Positions 39,614 through 49,095 of a DNA stretch of 64,000 bases are shown piece by piece. The first letter of the stretch is position 1. Each line of letters begins with the position of its first letter. Source of the DNA: Candidatus Latescibacterota bacterium (GTDB lineage Bacteria; Latescibacterota; UBA2968). The position numbers were made by a program, and so were the translations under genes. The stretch is taken from NCBI GenBank assembly GCA_965222605.1, contig OZ244960.1:96001-160000 (forward strand), written 5' to 3'. Below the pieces are notes generated by a model. That model did not search any database and was not told the DNA's origin. It saw nothing but the letters and a program-made list of their open reading frames with translations.

Positions 39614-40006
39614 TCACAGCCGCTCTTCCGCCCAGCGGACGACGGTTTCTGCGATCTCTACTGCGTCCAGGTATTCCCGTTCTTCAACCGGGCTGGACAA
39701 TCCTGGATAGCGTGTATCCACTGCATACGGAGTGAGTCTTGCAGCGCGGCGGACCGGATTCGGAATCGTCTCCCCACCATCTTCAAGTATGGACAATAAC
39801 AGGGCCAAGTTGTGTACATAAGGGAAATCGATGTCACGCGAAATCATCACGGCCTTGATAGCTTTCTCAGCAGCCTGCTGAGCTTCAAAGCACAAATCCT
39901 CCAGGTAGGCATCGGGCACGCGGTTCCTCGCCATAGCGAGATTGCTTCTGGCGCGATTCAACCACTCTCGCGGATCATCGGGTGAAAAACGCTCAGGTGG
40001 CTTCAT
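39614..40006 (-). CDS. HEPN domain protein
   Basis: CFEAQQAAEKAIKA, YVHNL, YAVDTRYP. Confidence 0.9.
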   Translation of the reverse strand: MKPPERFSPDDPREWLNRARSNLAMARNRVPDAYLEDLCFEAQQAAEKAIKAVMISRDIDFPYVHNLALLLSILEDGGETIPNPVRRAARLTPYAVDTRYPGLSSPVEEREYLDAVEIAETVVRWAEERL

Positions 40007-40316
40007 ACACTACCCGTCCTTCCTGCAGGGCAGGCTTGATGACCAAAGCATGGCTATTCTTGTAACGTTCTACATCTGCTGGCGAGACTAAAATCGCATC
40101 AACCGCGACGCGCACGCCATATAGATTTTCATAAATACGGGCCCTGAGATCTGCGTCTCCCCCCTCTTTAACGATAAGTAGATCAACGTCACTGTGCCGC
40201 GTGATTGTACCTCTCGCAGCGGATCCGAAGAGTATAATCCGCTGCGGCTGTGCCACCTCTACGACGCGCTGAATGATGTCGTCCAACGTATTTTGGTCAA
40301 GTCTCTGTTTCTCCAT
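39993..40316 (-). CDS. MNT nucleotidyltransferase (HEPN-MNT pair)
   Basis: ILFGSAARG...SDVDLL. Confidence 0.9.
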   Translation of the reverse strand: MEKQRLDQNTLDDIIQRVVEVAQPQRIILFGSAARGTITRHSDVDLLIVKEGGDADLRARIYENLYGVRVAVDAILVSPADVERYKNSHALVIKPALQEGRVVYEAT

Positions 40317-40471
40317 GGCGTTTCCTGTCTTATCAAACCAACATTGCCCATTTGCTCCGTTCCTCTGTAGTCCTGCTACGTAGCGATGCAAGCCGGGTCA
40401 GGTACTCGACAAGGCGAATAACTTTGTCTTTGTGGTTATCTTCCAAGGAATCCCCTCCCTGACTGATTACG

Positions 40472-41443
40472 TCAATCCTTCCAGACCATCACCACGGCCA
40501 TTGCCTCATCAAGGCGCGTGTACAACAAATCAAATGCGTCTGCGGCATCCTCAAAATCAAAACGATGCGTCACCATCGCCTCAGTTTGAATTTTATCTTC
40601 CATCAACAATTGAATCGCCATATCCGATCCCTGTGGGCGGCGCGTGCCATCCAGATATCCCCCAATCAGGCGTTTGCCCTGAATTTTTGACGAATCCAGA
40701 GGCAAGGGTTCATCCTCATACAATCCCACAACCTGCAACAATCCACCCCGCCGCACCATATCTTGCGCCTGTGCAAATGCCTGCGCGCCGGCTCGTCCCC
40801 CCACAGCCTCAACCACAACATCTGCGCGCAGACCACCAGTTAACTCCTTCACCGCTGCAATTGGATCTGTCTTACCCGCATTCACCACAGCATCAGCACC
40901 CAACTGTTCAGCCAAATCACAACGCAGGGACAACGCATCAATCGCGATCACGCGACAATTTTGCAAATGCCGCGCGACCTGCATACAGCAACTCCCCACC
41001 AACCCCTGTCCCAAAATTACCATGGTATCGTTTGGCCCAGCCCCAGTTTCTCGCATCCACAGCACCGAACTCGTAGTCAGAGGCCAAAAAGTCGCGGCCT
41101 CGGATGTAACCGCATCGGGCAGCGAAACCACAGACGGTTTGTTGCCCGCATTGACAACCTCAACAGCCACGTACTCGGCATGCGGCGCCAGAGCCGCCAC
41201 CCGTTCCCCCATCGACAAATCATCGACCTGCGCCCCCACCTGCACAATCGTTCCAGCGAGCGAATATCCCATCCTTTGGTGATCAATCGCTTCTTCTCGC
41301 ACATACCGCCGCCATATCTCAGATCCTCTGCTAATCAGCGTGCGTTCCGTTCTGATAAGCACCTCTGTTTGCCGAATCTCTGGCAACGGCACATCTTCAA
41401 TCTCGACATGGTACGCGCCTTCGGGTTTAATCACACGCTTCAT
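40472..41443 (-). CDS. MDR/zinc-binding dehydrogenase family protein
   Basis: ISRGSE, GYS..G, GQGLVG, DVVVEAVG. Confidence 0.88.
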   Translation of the reverse strand: MKRVIKPEGAYHVEIEDVPLPEIRQTEVLIRTERTLISRGSEIWRRYVREEAIDHQRMGYSLAGTIVQVGAQVDDLSMGERVAALAPHAEYVAVEVVNAGNKPSVVSLPDAVTSEAATFWPLTTSSVLWMRETGAGPNDTMVILGQGLVGSCCMQVARHLQNCRVIAIDALSLRCDLAEQLGADAVVNAGKTDPIAAVKELTGGLRADVVVEAVGGRAGAQAFAQAQDMVRRGGLLQVVGLYEDEPLPLDSSKIQGKRLIGGYLDGTRRPQGSDMAIQLLMEDKIQTEAMVTHRFDFEDAADAFDLLYTRLDEAMAVVMVWKD

Positions 41444-41484
41444 GGAACACCTCCCGATGGTAGTGGTTTATAGCAAACTCCTCC

Positions 41485-43395
41485 CTACTCCAGCATCACC
41501 CAATCATACATCGCCCCGGCACGCTCCACAGCGCGATCCACATCCTCGCGCAACATCAATCGCTCCCCCACTAATTTTCGAGCAGCTTGTGCCACACAGT
41601 CCAAATACGCTTCGCGGCTGCCATAGCGCTGAACAATCGATAGTCGAGAATCCCCTTCGCGCTCATCCTCATCGCGTGCAAACGGCACCCACATCCCATC
41701 AAGACCAACAAGCGCATCGGTCGCGCCGTGTTGTCGATACCGCCATCCCGTAAACGTCCCCAAAGGCGCGACCACCTCTGGCATGCGAATACCCGCGACC
41801 TCATTGCCATCTTCATCGACCTGGGGCACGCGCACGCCAAAAGAACGTCCTTTTTCAGGCGGCTCGCAATCGATAATACCCACATCCCATCTACTCCCCC
41901 AGTTCAATCGCAAAGGTCGCCGCATGCGAACAGGACTTCGCAAATCTGGAATAGTGGGAAATTCCAAATCGTCAGCATCGACCAGAGAGCCATCTGAAAC
42001 ACGACCATACCGGCTCTCAGGAGGGGCAACGCCCTCGCGCACCCAACAATCTAACGCAATGAGAAGAGCGCGCTCGGCATAGCGGAAATTCACGGGATTT
42101 GGGGGTATTATTCGACGCGGATTTTTGGGCACATCACCCGGACCGTGTTTTGTACTTGCAAAGTGATAAACGCGAACCGAAGAATGAATCTCGACATCCT
42201 CATGCCCACTCACATCCGTGTGAACCAAAGACGCACTGCGGTTCCAGTATTCGGTTGAAGTATTGGTATAAAAAATGCGAGGGGTCATCCCCGCGGCGTC
42301 ACAGCGATCCAACAACCCACCCTTTTCCTGGGTTTCGGGATCTGTTTGCGGCAAATCTGTAAACGGAAACCACTCCGTGGGATATAACGCATCAAAATGC
42401 GCGCTGGCATGCCGCGAAGGCTGTGCAAACCGATGGTTAAACGATCCCCGTGCGCCGCCTGCAACATTGGCAAACACCCCATCAAAAACCTTTCGACCAG
42501 CCTCATCCCCATTAAAGCCCTCATACAACATGTGTCGCAAAAAACGCCCACTTTGCGACGATCCAAAAGCATAAGCCCGCTCAATCGCATTGCCCAGTGG
42601 ATTGCCATCTGTTCCGTACTTCAAAAACGACACAAAATCCCGGGTTGCGGCAAAACCCGTTCCCATCACAGTTGGATTTTTGCCCGTATAAACCAGATTG
42701 TAAATGCGCCCCGGTTCAAATCCCTGCGAAAAACGGATCGCGGCGCGCCCATCTTCCAACCGATCAAACGCCCATTGATCGCGCCCAATTTCCTCGGCTT
42801 CATCATACGGATACGCCCGCACAGTGAGCACAGCATCGCCCGTTTCCACGGGTTCGTAGGGATCGTGATAGCGACTCCCCAGCGAATGCAAATCCGTCTT
42901 ATCATTCACAATAATCTCACACGACACGGGACCAGTAACATCGACCACTGGCGCGTCCAAAGTCATCAAGTGGCGATCACCCTCCGCCTCAGACGGCACA
43001 TCTGCCTGCCAACCACAGGCGGCAATCGTATAACCTTGCCGCATCAAAAAGCCATCGCCAAAATGTGCGGTAGTCTCTGGCATATTCGATCCCGTTGCCA
43101 GATTAAACATGGGCAAGATATTTTTTCGCCCACGATTGACCACATTGTAAAACACAGTACCATTGCCCCGAGCGACATCAACCGGCTTGAGCACATACAC
43201 ATCGGCTCGAAAAATCACCTGTCCGCTCTCGTCAACGGGCGCGAGATTTAAATCGACAATCGCCGCATTTTGTTTGTGAGTAGGATCAAGCGCGAACCAC
43301 GCACTCCCACACAGCGCTTCATAAGCGCCCACAGCACCGTATAACTTGCCATCCAGTACAGTTTTCCGAGAAGTAATTTCCAATTGCGTGAGCAT
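41485..43395 (-). CDS. Alpha/beta hydrolase domain protein
   Basis: VNRG, GWQAD, GSSQSGRFLR, NTSTEYW, DEDGNEVAGIR. Confidence 0.85.
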   Translation of the reverse strand: MLTQLEITSRKTVLDGKLYGAVGAYEALCGSAWFALDPTHKQNAAIVDLNLAPVDESGQVIFRADVYVLKPVDVARGNGTVFYNVVNRGRKNILPMFNLATGSNMPETTAHFGDGFLMRQGYTIAACGWQADVPSEAEGDRHLMTLDAPVVDVTGPVSCEIIVNDKTDLHSLGSRYHDPYEPVETGDAVLTVRAYPYDEAEEIGRDQWAFDRLEDGRAAIRFSQGFEPGRIYNLVYTGKNPTVMGTGFAATRDFVSFLKYGTDGNPLGNAIERAYAFGSSQSGRFLRHMLYEGFNGDEAGRKVFDGVFANVAGGARGSFNHRFAQPSRHASAHFDALYPTEWFPFTDLPQTDPETQEKGGLLDRCDAAGMTPRIFYTNTSTEYWNRSASLVHTDVSGHEDVEIHSSVRVYHFASTKHGPGDVPKNPRRIIPPNPVNFRYAERALLIALDCWVREGVAPPESRYGRVSDGSLVDADDLEFPTIPDLRSPVRMRRPLRLNWGSRWDVGIIDCEPPEKGRSFGVRVPQVDEDGNEVAGIRMPEVVAPLGTFTGWRYRQHGATDALVGLDGMWVPFARDEDEREGDSRLSIVQRYGSREAYLDCVAQAARKLVGERLMLREDVDRAVERAGAMYDWVMLE

Positions 43396-43451
43396 AACCC
43401 GTCCAATTCTCAAAAGTTCTCTACCAACACGGTCTGATAAACTCCCACTAC

Positions 43452-44387
43452 CTAAAGCGCGGTGAGATCAAAGGGATTCGACCACGCCTTGTCGCCATTT
43501 GGTGCAATAATCTCAAAGCGCACGTGTTTTGAGCCGGGGCGCAGCTTGAAAGTGGCGGTCTCAAACAGCTTGCCGCCCTCGTGGTATTCGGTTCCCCGCG
43601 AATCTAATACCGCAGCAATGCGCTGTGCAGGTGAGCATTTTACCGTGGCCTCAACCGTGCGACCTTCCCCACTATGCAACTGAATGTCAAAAATTTGTGG
43701 ACCCGTTGACGAATAACTCGCGCCAGATTCCAGTGCTTCAACAATGGCTTCGAGCGACCGTTCTTTCACGCGCACCAGAGTCCAGCCTTGATACGTATCG
43801 CGCGCTTCTGAATCAGCCGCGTGAGAATCGTCATTGCCCAGTGCCGGGAGCAATTGTCCGGACAAATCCATCCAATCGTCCCAGTGCACAGAAGATTCAC
43901 CTCGCCCGGCGCAGCGGCAGGTCGTATTAAAAACTTCTATCCCGGCCAAACCCGTCAGCGGCATTGTATCCCGCAAAATATTAATCCCACTCCAGTGCGG
44001 ATGTGCGAGCCAGATCGAGCCGCCCTGTTTTTTTACTGTATCAATCACATGTTGCGGAGGCATAGCCCGCGCATCCATATCCTCTGAAATATTGAGTGCC
44101 ACAAAATGGTGACGGTCGCCACCAAAGGGATTATCGGGATGCAATTCAGCACCCTGAATAAGCGTAAAATCTTCAGGACAGGTCAGTGTTTCAACAAATG
44201 TGATATTGTTGTGATCGGATACACATAAATAATCATAGCCCTGATTGACATATCCATCTACGCGTTCTTGCGGTGAGACCCGCCCATCCGAATTTGTCGA
44301 GTGGCTGTGCAAATTGCCCTTCAGCCACATATAACCATCATCACCAGACAGAACAAACGGATTTACCAACCCATTTTTCTCAAGCAT
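43452..44387 (-). CDS. PHP-family (CehA/McbA) metallohydrolase
   Basis: KGNLHSHS..SDG, SDHN, AHP.W, GNDDSH. Confidence 0.88.
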   Translation of the reverse strand: MLEKNGLVNPFVLSGDDGYMWLKGNLHSHSTNSDGRVSPQERVDGYVNQGYDYLCVSDHNNITFVETLTCPEDFTLIQGAELHPDNPFGGDRHHFVALNISEDMDARAMPPQHVIDTVKKQGGSIWLAHPHWSGINILRDTMPLTGLAGIEVFNTTCRCAGRGESSVHWDDWMDLSGQLLPALGNDDSHAADSEARDTYQGWTLVRVKERSLEAIVEALESGASYSSTGPQIFDIQLHSGEGRTVEATVKCSPAQRIAAVLDSRGTEYHEGGKLFETATFKLRPGSKHVRFEIIAPNGDKAWSNPFDLTAL

Positions 44388-44411
44388 AACAAACTCCTTT
44401 GAATTAATACC

Positions 44412-45545
44412 TCAATCCCGCCACCAGACCTTCCCATTTCGAACAGACGCGCGGCAAACCAATCGCTGCTCGCCCATCAACACCTGCTGCATCGAATCAG
44501 TCAACTCAAATGTCCCCTTTTCCAATTCAAATACGGCAACATCGCCCGCAGCACCAATACCCAGGTGCCCAAGATCATCCTTTCGATCAATCACCTGTGC
44601 CGGTTCAGTGGTTGCGCGTCGAACCACTTCCTCAAGCGACATGCCCAAATTCAGAAACTTGGACATCGTCGTCGGCAAATCGTAAACGGGACCATCGATA
44701 TTGTACGAATGGATATCGCTACTGATGGTATCGGGCGGAAAACCATCTTCCATAGCCGCGCGCCCCACGTCGTAACTAAAACTGCCCAACCCGTGACCAA
44801 TATCAAAAATCACCCCGCGATCGCGGGCATCCCAGGCTTCAGAAATCACCTTTCCCGAGTTGTCGATAATCGACGCCGGCTGTGTACCGTGAAAACAATG
44901 GGTCACAATATCACCGGGGCGCAAAGGCTGAATCAGGTCACGCAAAGGCACATCGGCATTGCTGATATGAACCATCAGGGGTTTTTCGCACCGATTGGCG
45001 GCCTCCAGGGCAATTTGCAACAAATCGCGCACATCCGCATCGCCGCCCACGCCTTTGTACAAACGCACCTTAACGCCCAGTGCTGTTTTCGGATGACTCA
45101 AAACCGCCTGCGCGCATTCGCTGGCCGACACATAGCCTTCATACACCATCTCACCGCGCCGCCAGGGCAACCCGACACCCGACAGATTGACATAGGCCAA
45201 AATACGCGTTGAAGATGGCTCAATCACATAGCGCTCTAATCCGCGATAATTGATCCATCCCGCCGTCCCTGTATCCACGCTTGTTGTCACGCCTGTGCGC
45301 GGGCATAAGTCATCGGCCTCTATGCCAAAACTCGACACATCTTTATACACATGGGTATGTAAGTCAATTAATCCCGGCGTCACGAGACATCCGCTTGCAT
45401 CAATCACTGAATCGGCTTCACCCAAATCCCGCCCCATAGCTGCTACCACGCCATCCTTTAATGCCACATCCAATGTGCCATGCACGCCATTGGTCGGGTC
45501 TATCACCGTGCCACCTGTTATCAACACATCGTATTGATCAGCCAT
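44412..45545 (-). CDS. Amidohydrolase/deacetylase (dihydroorotase-like)
   Basis: PGLIDLHTH, GVKVR, MVHI, THCFHG, DIGHG, SSDIH. Confidence 0.9.
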   Translation of the reverse strand: MADQYDVLITGGTVIDPTNGVHGTLDVALKDGVVAAMGRDLGEADSVIDASGCLVTPGLIDLHTHVYKDVSSFGIEADDLCPRTGVTTSVDTGTAGWINYRGLERYVIEPSSTRILAYVNLSGVGLPWRRGEMVYEGYVSASECAQAVLSHPKTALGVKVRLYKGVGGDADVRDLLQIALEAANRCEKPLMVHISNADVPLRDLIQPLRPGDIVTHCFHGTQPASIIDNSGKVISEAWDARDRGVIFDIGHGLGSFSYDVGRAAMEDGFPPDTISSDIHSYNIDGPVYDLPTTMSKFLNLGMSLEEVVRRATTEPAQVIDRKDDLGHLGIGAAGDVAVFELEKGTFELTDSMQQVLMGEQRLVCRASVRNGKVWWRD

Positions 45546-45553
45546 ATCTATCC

Positions 45554-46552
45554 TCACGATCGCTCTGCAATATAAGCTTCTGCATCGATTTTACCCACGG
45601 CAATCAAGTCGCGGAACAATGCCACAGTTTTAGCCACACCTTCTGCCAGCGGCTTGTGCCCCACTGTGCCAATCGCAGCCTCTAATCCACTCCCATCGAC
45701 CTCCTGGGGGAATGGTAATTGGATATCTTCAAACGTGATCTTATCCGCCGCCTCGGGTGCTGCCCGATCAATCGCATCCTTCACATCCTGCATATCGGGT
45801 GCAAATCCCCCCAAATTAAACGCCCCTGCACCAGCGTAATCGGCCCGTGCAGCCTGAATAAACGCACGTGCCGTATCATCGGCATATTGAAAAACCGTGC
45901 GCCCACCATAAGAAATGTGATAGGGCAAGTTCGCCGCCGCTGCGAGCATAGCCGTCGTTGGCGTTGAAGTAATACCCTGATCGCGCCCCACCCCATAGAC
46001 CACATAGGGCCGAAAACCGATAGAAGACACCCCCTCGTCGAGCCAATATACATGCGCGGTTCCCTCATTCGCCTGTTTGTACACGCCGTAATGCGTATGG
46101 GGCATTAGCGTGGAATCATCTCGCATCACAGCACCCGGCTCGTAATCTTCGGGCGCGCCAAATACAGCGACAGAGCTTGCATAAACCACTTTGTCAATGT
46201 GCCCTTGCCGGCGTTTCACAGCTTCGAAAACATTCGCGGTACCCACCACATTGACGCGCGCGCCGAGCGGTGGGTCGGCCTTGCAAAACGGCACTTGAAG
46301 CCCAGCAAGATGAATGACATGCGTAATCCCGTTCTCGTCCAACGCCCGTTCAAAAGCGGACAAATCCGCAATATCGCCTGCGATAAAATTTACCTGCGCC
46401 AATTCGTCATTTGACAGCAACAATTGCAACCGCCGAGGCTCTGTCGCCAAATCGAATACCGTGACCGGCACCTTTTCGCGTACGAGATTGTGCACAGTCC
46501 ACGCGCCAATACACCCCAATGCACCCGTAATTAAAAAATGCTCGTCAGCCAT
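45554..46552 (-). CDS. NAD-dependent epimerase/dehydratase
   Basis: ITGALGCIG, HLAGLQVP, YGVYK. Confidence 0.9.
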   Translation of the reverse strand: MADEHFLITGALGCIGAWTVHNLVREKVPVTVFDLATEPRRLQLLLSNDELAQVNFIAGDIADLSAFERALDENGITHVIHLAGLQVPFCKADPPLGARVNVVGTANVFEAVKRRQGHIDKVVYASSVAVFGAPEDYEPGAVMRDDSTLMPHTHYGVYKQANEGTAHVYWLDEGVSSIGFRPYVVYGVGRDQGITSTPTTAMLAAAANLPYHISYGGRTVFQYADDTARAFIQAARADYAGAGAFNLGGFAPDMQDVKDAIDRAAPEAADKITFEDIQLPFPQEVDGSGLEAAIGTVGHKPLAEGVAKTVALFRDLIAVGKIDAEAYIAERS

Positions 46553-46562
46553 AATTCCCTCT

Positions 46563-46601
46563 AAAAAAATCCGTTGGCATACACAATCACCAACGGATTT
46601 T
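46563..46601 (-). terminator. Intrinsic terminator
   Basis: AAAATCCGTTGG...CCAACGGATTTT, U-run on the minus strand. Confidence 0.7.
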
Positions 46602-46626
46602 CGTTATCAAAATAAACCCTTTGCGA

Positions 46627-49071
46627 TTAGAACAACAAGACCGATACCGACTTCTGGATCATAGCAATGGACACAGACGCCATCCCCACGAGGGCCATGC
46701 CCACGGAAAAGCCCACCGCCAGTACTGTTGCGTAAAGGCGCCATTGTTTTTTGCCAAAACGATTCCAGAAATAGTAGCGGGCAATTAACGCGCCAATGAT
46801 CTGGGTAATCATTGTATGTGGAATACTGGTCAAACTTTGCACATAACCAAAGATGAGCAAAATGGGCAACCCAAACACGGACAAAATAAAAAAGAATACA
46901 AGTCCAACGGCAAATCCGGTGGTAATAACCCAGGGTTTCAGAGCCTCAAACAAAATGGGCTGATCATCTGAAGACTGCAAAAATGCCCCGTCAAAAGAAG
47001 GCACCTGATCGATCTCATATTGATAGAACAACTCACGGTCCTGAGAATCCATTGCTCTGGAAATGAGCATTTCTGGATTCGGCGTATTCATGTGCGCGCC
47101 ACTGTCCGCACTGCGGATCTCTGGCGCAGAAGGCAGCCCTTGTGCTAAAGCATCGGAAATATCGGGCGGTGCGCGACTCAGAGTTGCGGGCGGATAGGGC
47201 GGAGGCTGCGACGCATCAAAATTGGTATAAAAATAAGCAGTACTCGACCACGGCCCATACCTGCGCTCTTCAGCGGGCACACCATCTGGATCATCAGGCG
47301 TTGCCCGCACCCGCCAGTACCACCACGAATTATTCGACAAATTGGCCGGCGTCCACGTCACAGTGCTCTCTTGCGAATAGTCAACTTCGCCGCGCATAGT
47401 GCTGGTAATCCACACACACCGCTGAAGGGCGCGCAACGGCCAGAACAATTGCACGTAAGGATACGCATCGGACGGAATGGGCGCGAGTTTCCAAATATAG
47501 GACCAGTACATAAAACTGGTCACAAAAACCAGCGGTACCATAAAAACTTCAGCTCTCAGAACGCTTCTGAAGCTGGTGCCCGTCAACTCAATCTCCCGGA
47601 AGCGCTGCGCCGATGCCCCGTAGTTATCCAGGCCAAAATCCACAAACCAGATATGAATGCCCCTGAAACCACTCAGGAAAATGGTAGCTTCTTTAATATA
47701 CGGAATGCTCACATTTTGCCCTACCATACCATCTAAGCGAGCATTCACAAATGAAATGAGTGGCGTGTACACAAATGCAAAAACAAAGAAAAACACCAAC
47801 AAAGTGGTCGTCACCAACTGCGGAAATAAAATTTTTGACAAAACGATAGTGTACAAACTCGCCAGACAAAATAACACCACGCAGAACCAGATCTTAAAAT
47901 CGCCTCGTCCGGGCGGCGTTTCCCACGATCCCGTCTCGGTCTTTTCAATCCGCGCGGTTCGCACCCCGCGCCACACCTGATAAAACCCGATGACGGTAAT
48001 GGCAAATGTAATACCGATGCCAAAGCTCATCCAGAAATCAATACCTGTCACAAAATGTGTCTGAATGGTGTCCATCCCCATAAACCAGTGGGGCATATAT
48101 CCATACTTGTGTAAAAGTGGGCTTGCAATTGTATGGATAACCACCCCTACAAAGGACCCTATCACTGCCCAGAAGGGAGCGAGAAAACCCGTAAAAATGG
48201 GTCCCAGATGCAGGGTAAAGCCCAGAGGTGTCGCGGGTAAAAAATATCCCGTATATTGCGTGAAATCGACCCAGGGAATTGGAATAAGCTGCACGGGTTG
48301 TTCCATAAACGCACCCGTAATGGCGGGCACAGCTACATAAACCATCCCCCACACCACGCCGATCACCGCGCCAATAGAAAACATGCGCCAGCGCCACGTA
48401 ATATCCCCACTGCTTTCTTCTGCCAATGCCATGGCCCCATGCGCGTTGATGGGTGCAAATGGAAATGGCAGATTCTCGTAATCGGACGTAATGCGGAACA
48501 ACACATAACTGGCGGTAAACCAGGCAATACGCCCCATAATCGTGCCTAAAACCAGAAAAGCAATAGGCCAAAACCAATCGGCGTGTAAAAACGTTCGCTC
48601 AATCAGTGCTTCGGAATTTGCAGGCGGAGCCCACCACCACAGTTCGCTCAATGACTTTTGTATGCCAAATTGCACGGCTGCGGGTGACTGCACAAAGTAT
48701 TGATGCCACAACAGACCTTCAAACGCATTGGACTCCCGATTGACCAGTGAACTCGTCACATAATACAGCAGATAGACTTCCTGTCGCTTGAGTATGGTAA
48801 ACGAACGCTTTGCCAGTTCGATAAACAAAATAATCGTGACCCACTGCGCCGCTGCGCCAATTGATCCGCCAATCATCAGATCCAGATAAATATTGCCGGG
48901 CACCATCACAATCGACACAAATAACGCACCTACAATGGTCTTTGCATTAAAACCATCGACAAATTCGTCAGGCTCGTCGAGCAGATCGCGATACTCTTCA
49001 ATCTCTTCAAACTGCGTATTTTTCTTTTTTGGTTTGTCTTTGTTGCGTCTTAAAAGATTGCCTAAAAGCAT
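46627..49071 (-). CDS. OPT-like polytopic membrane protein (putative peptide transporter) with soluble insert
   Basis: Many TMs; AAQWVTIILF.E, E.LPFPFAP, IPYIKEA, PIPS..YP motifs. Confidence 0.75.
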   Translation of the reverse strand: MLLGNLLRRNKDKPKKKNTQFEEIEEYRDLLDEPDEFVDGFNAKTIVGALFVSIVMVPGNIYLDLMIGGSIGAAAQWVTIILFIELAKRSFTILKRQEVYLLYYVTSSLVNRESNAFEGLLWHQYFVQSPAAVQFGIQKSLSELWWWAPPANSEALIERTFLHADWFWPIAFLVLGTIMGRIAWFTASYVLFRITSDYENLPFPFAPINAHGAMALAEESSGDITWRWRMFSIGAVIGVVWGMVYVAVPAITGAFMEQPVQLIPIPWVDFTQYTGYFLPATPLGFTLHLGPIFTGFLAPFWAVIGSFVGVVIHTIASPLLHKYGYMPHWFMGMDTIQTHFVTGIDFWMSFGIGITFAITVIGFYQVWRGVRTARIEKTETGSWETPPGRGDFKIWFCVVLFCLASLYTIVLSKILFPQLVTTTLLVFFFVFAFVYTPLISFVNARLDGMVGQNVSIPYIKEATIFLSGFRGIHIWFVDFGLDNYGASAQRFREIELTGTSFRSVLRAEVFMVPLVFVTSFMYWSYIWKLAPIPSDAYPYVQLFWPLRALQRCVWITSTMRGEVDYSQESTVTWTPANLSNNSWWYWRVRATPDDPDGVPAEERRYGPWSSTAYFYTNFDASQPPPYPPATLSRAPPDISDALAQGLPSAPEIRSADSGAHMNTPNPEMLISRAMDSQDRELFYQYEIDQVPSFDGAFLQSSDDQPILFEALKPWVITTGFAVGLVFFFILSVFGLPILLIFGYVQSLTSIPHTMITQIIGALIARYYFWNRFGKKQWRLYATVLAVGFSVGMALVGMASVSIAMIQKSVSVLLF

Positions 49072-49095
49072 AGATTGTCCCGTGTCATAATACTA

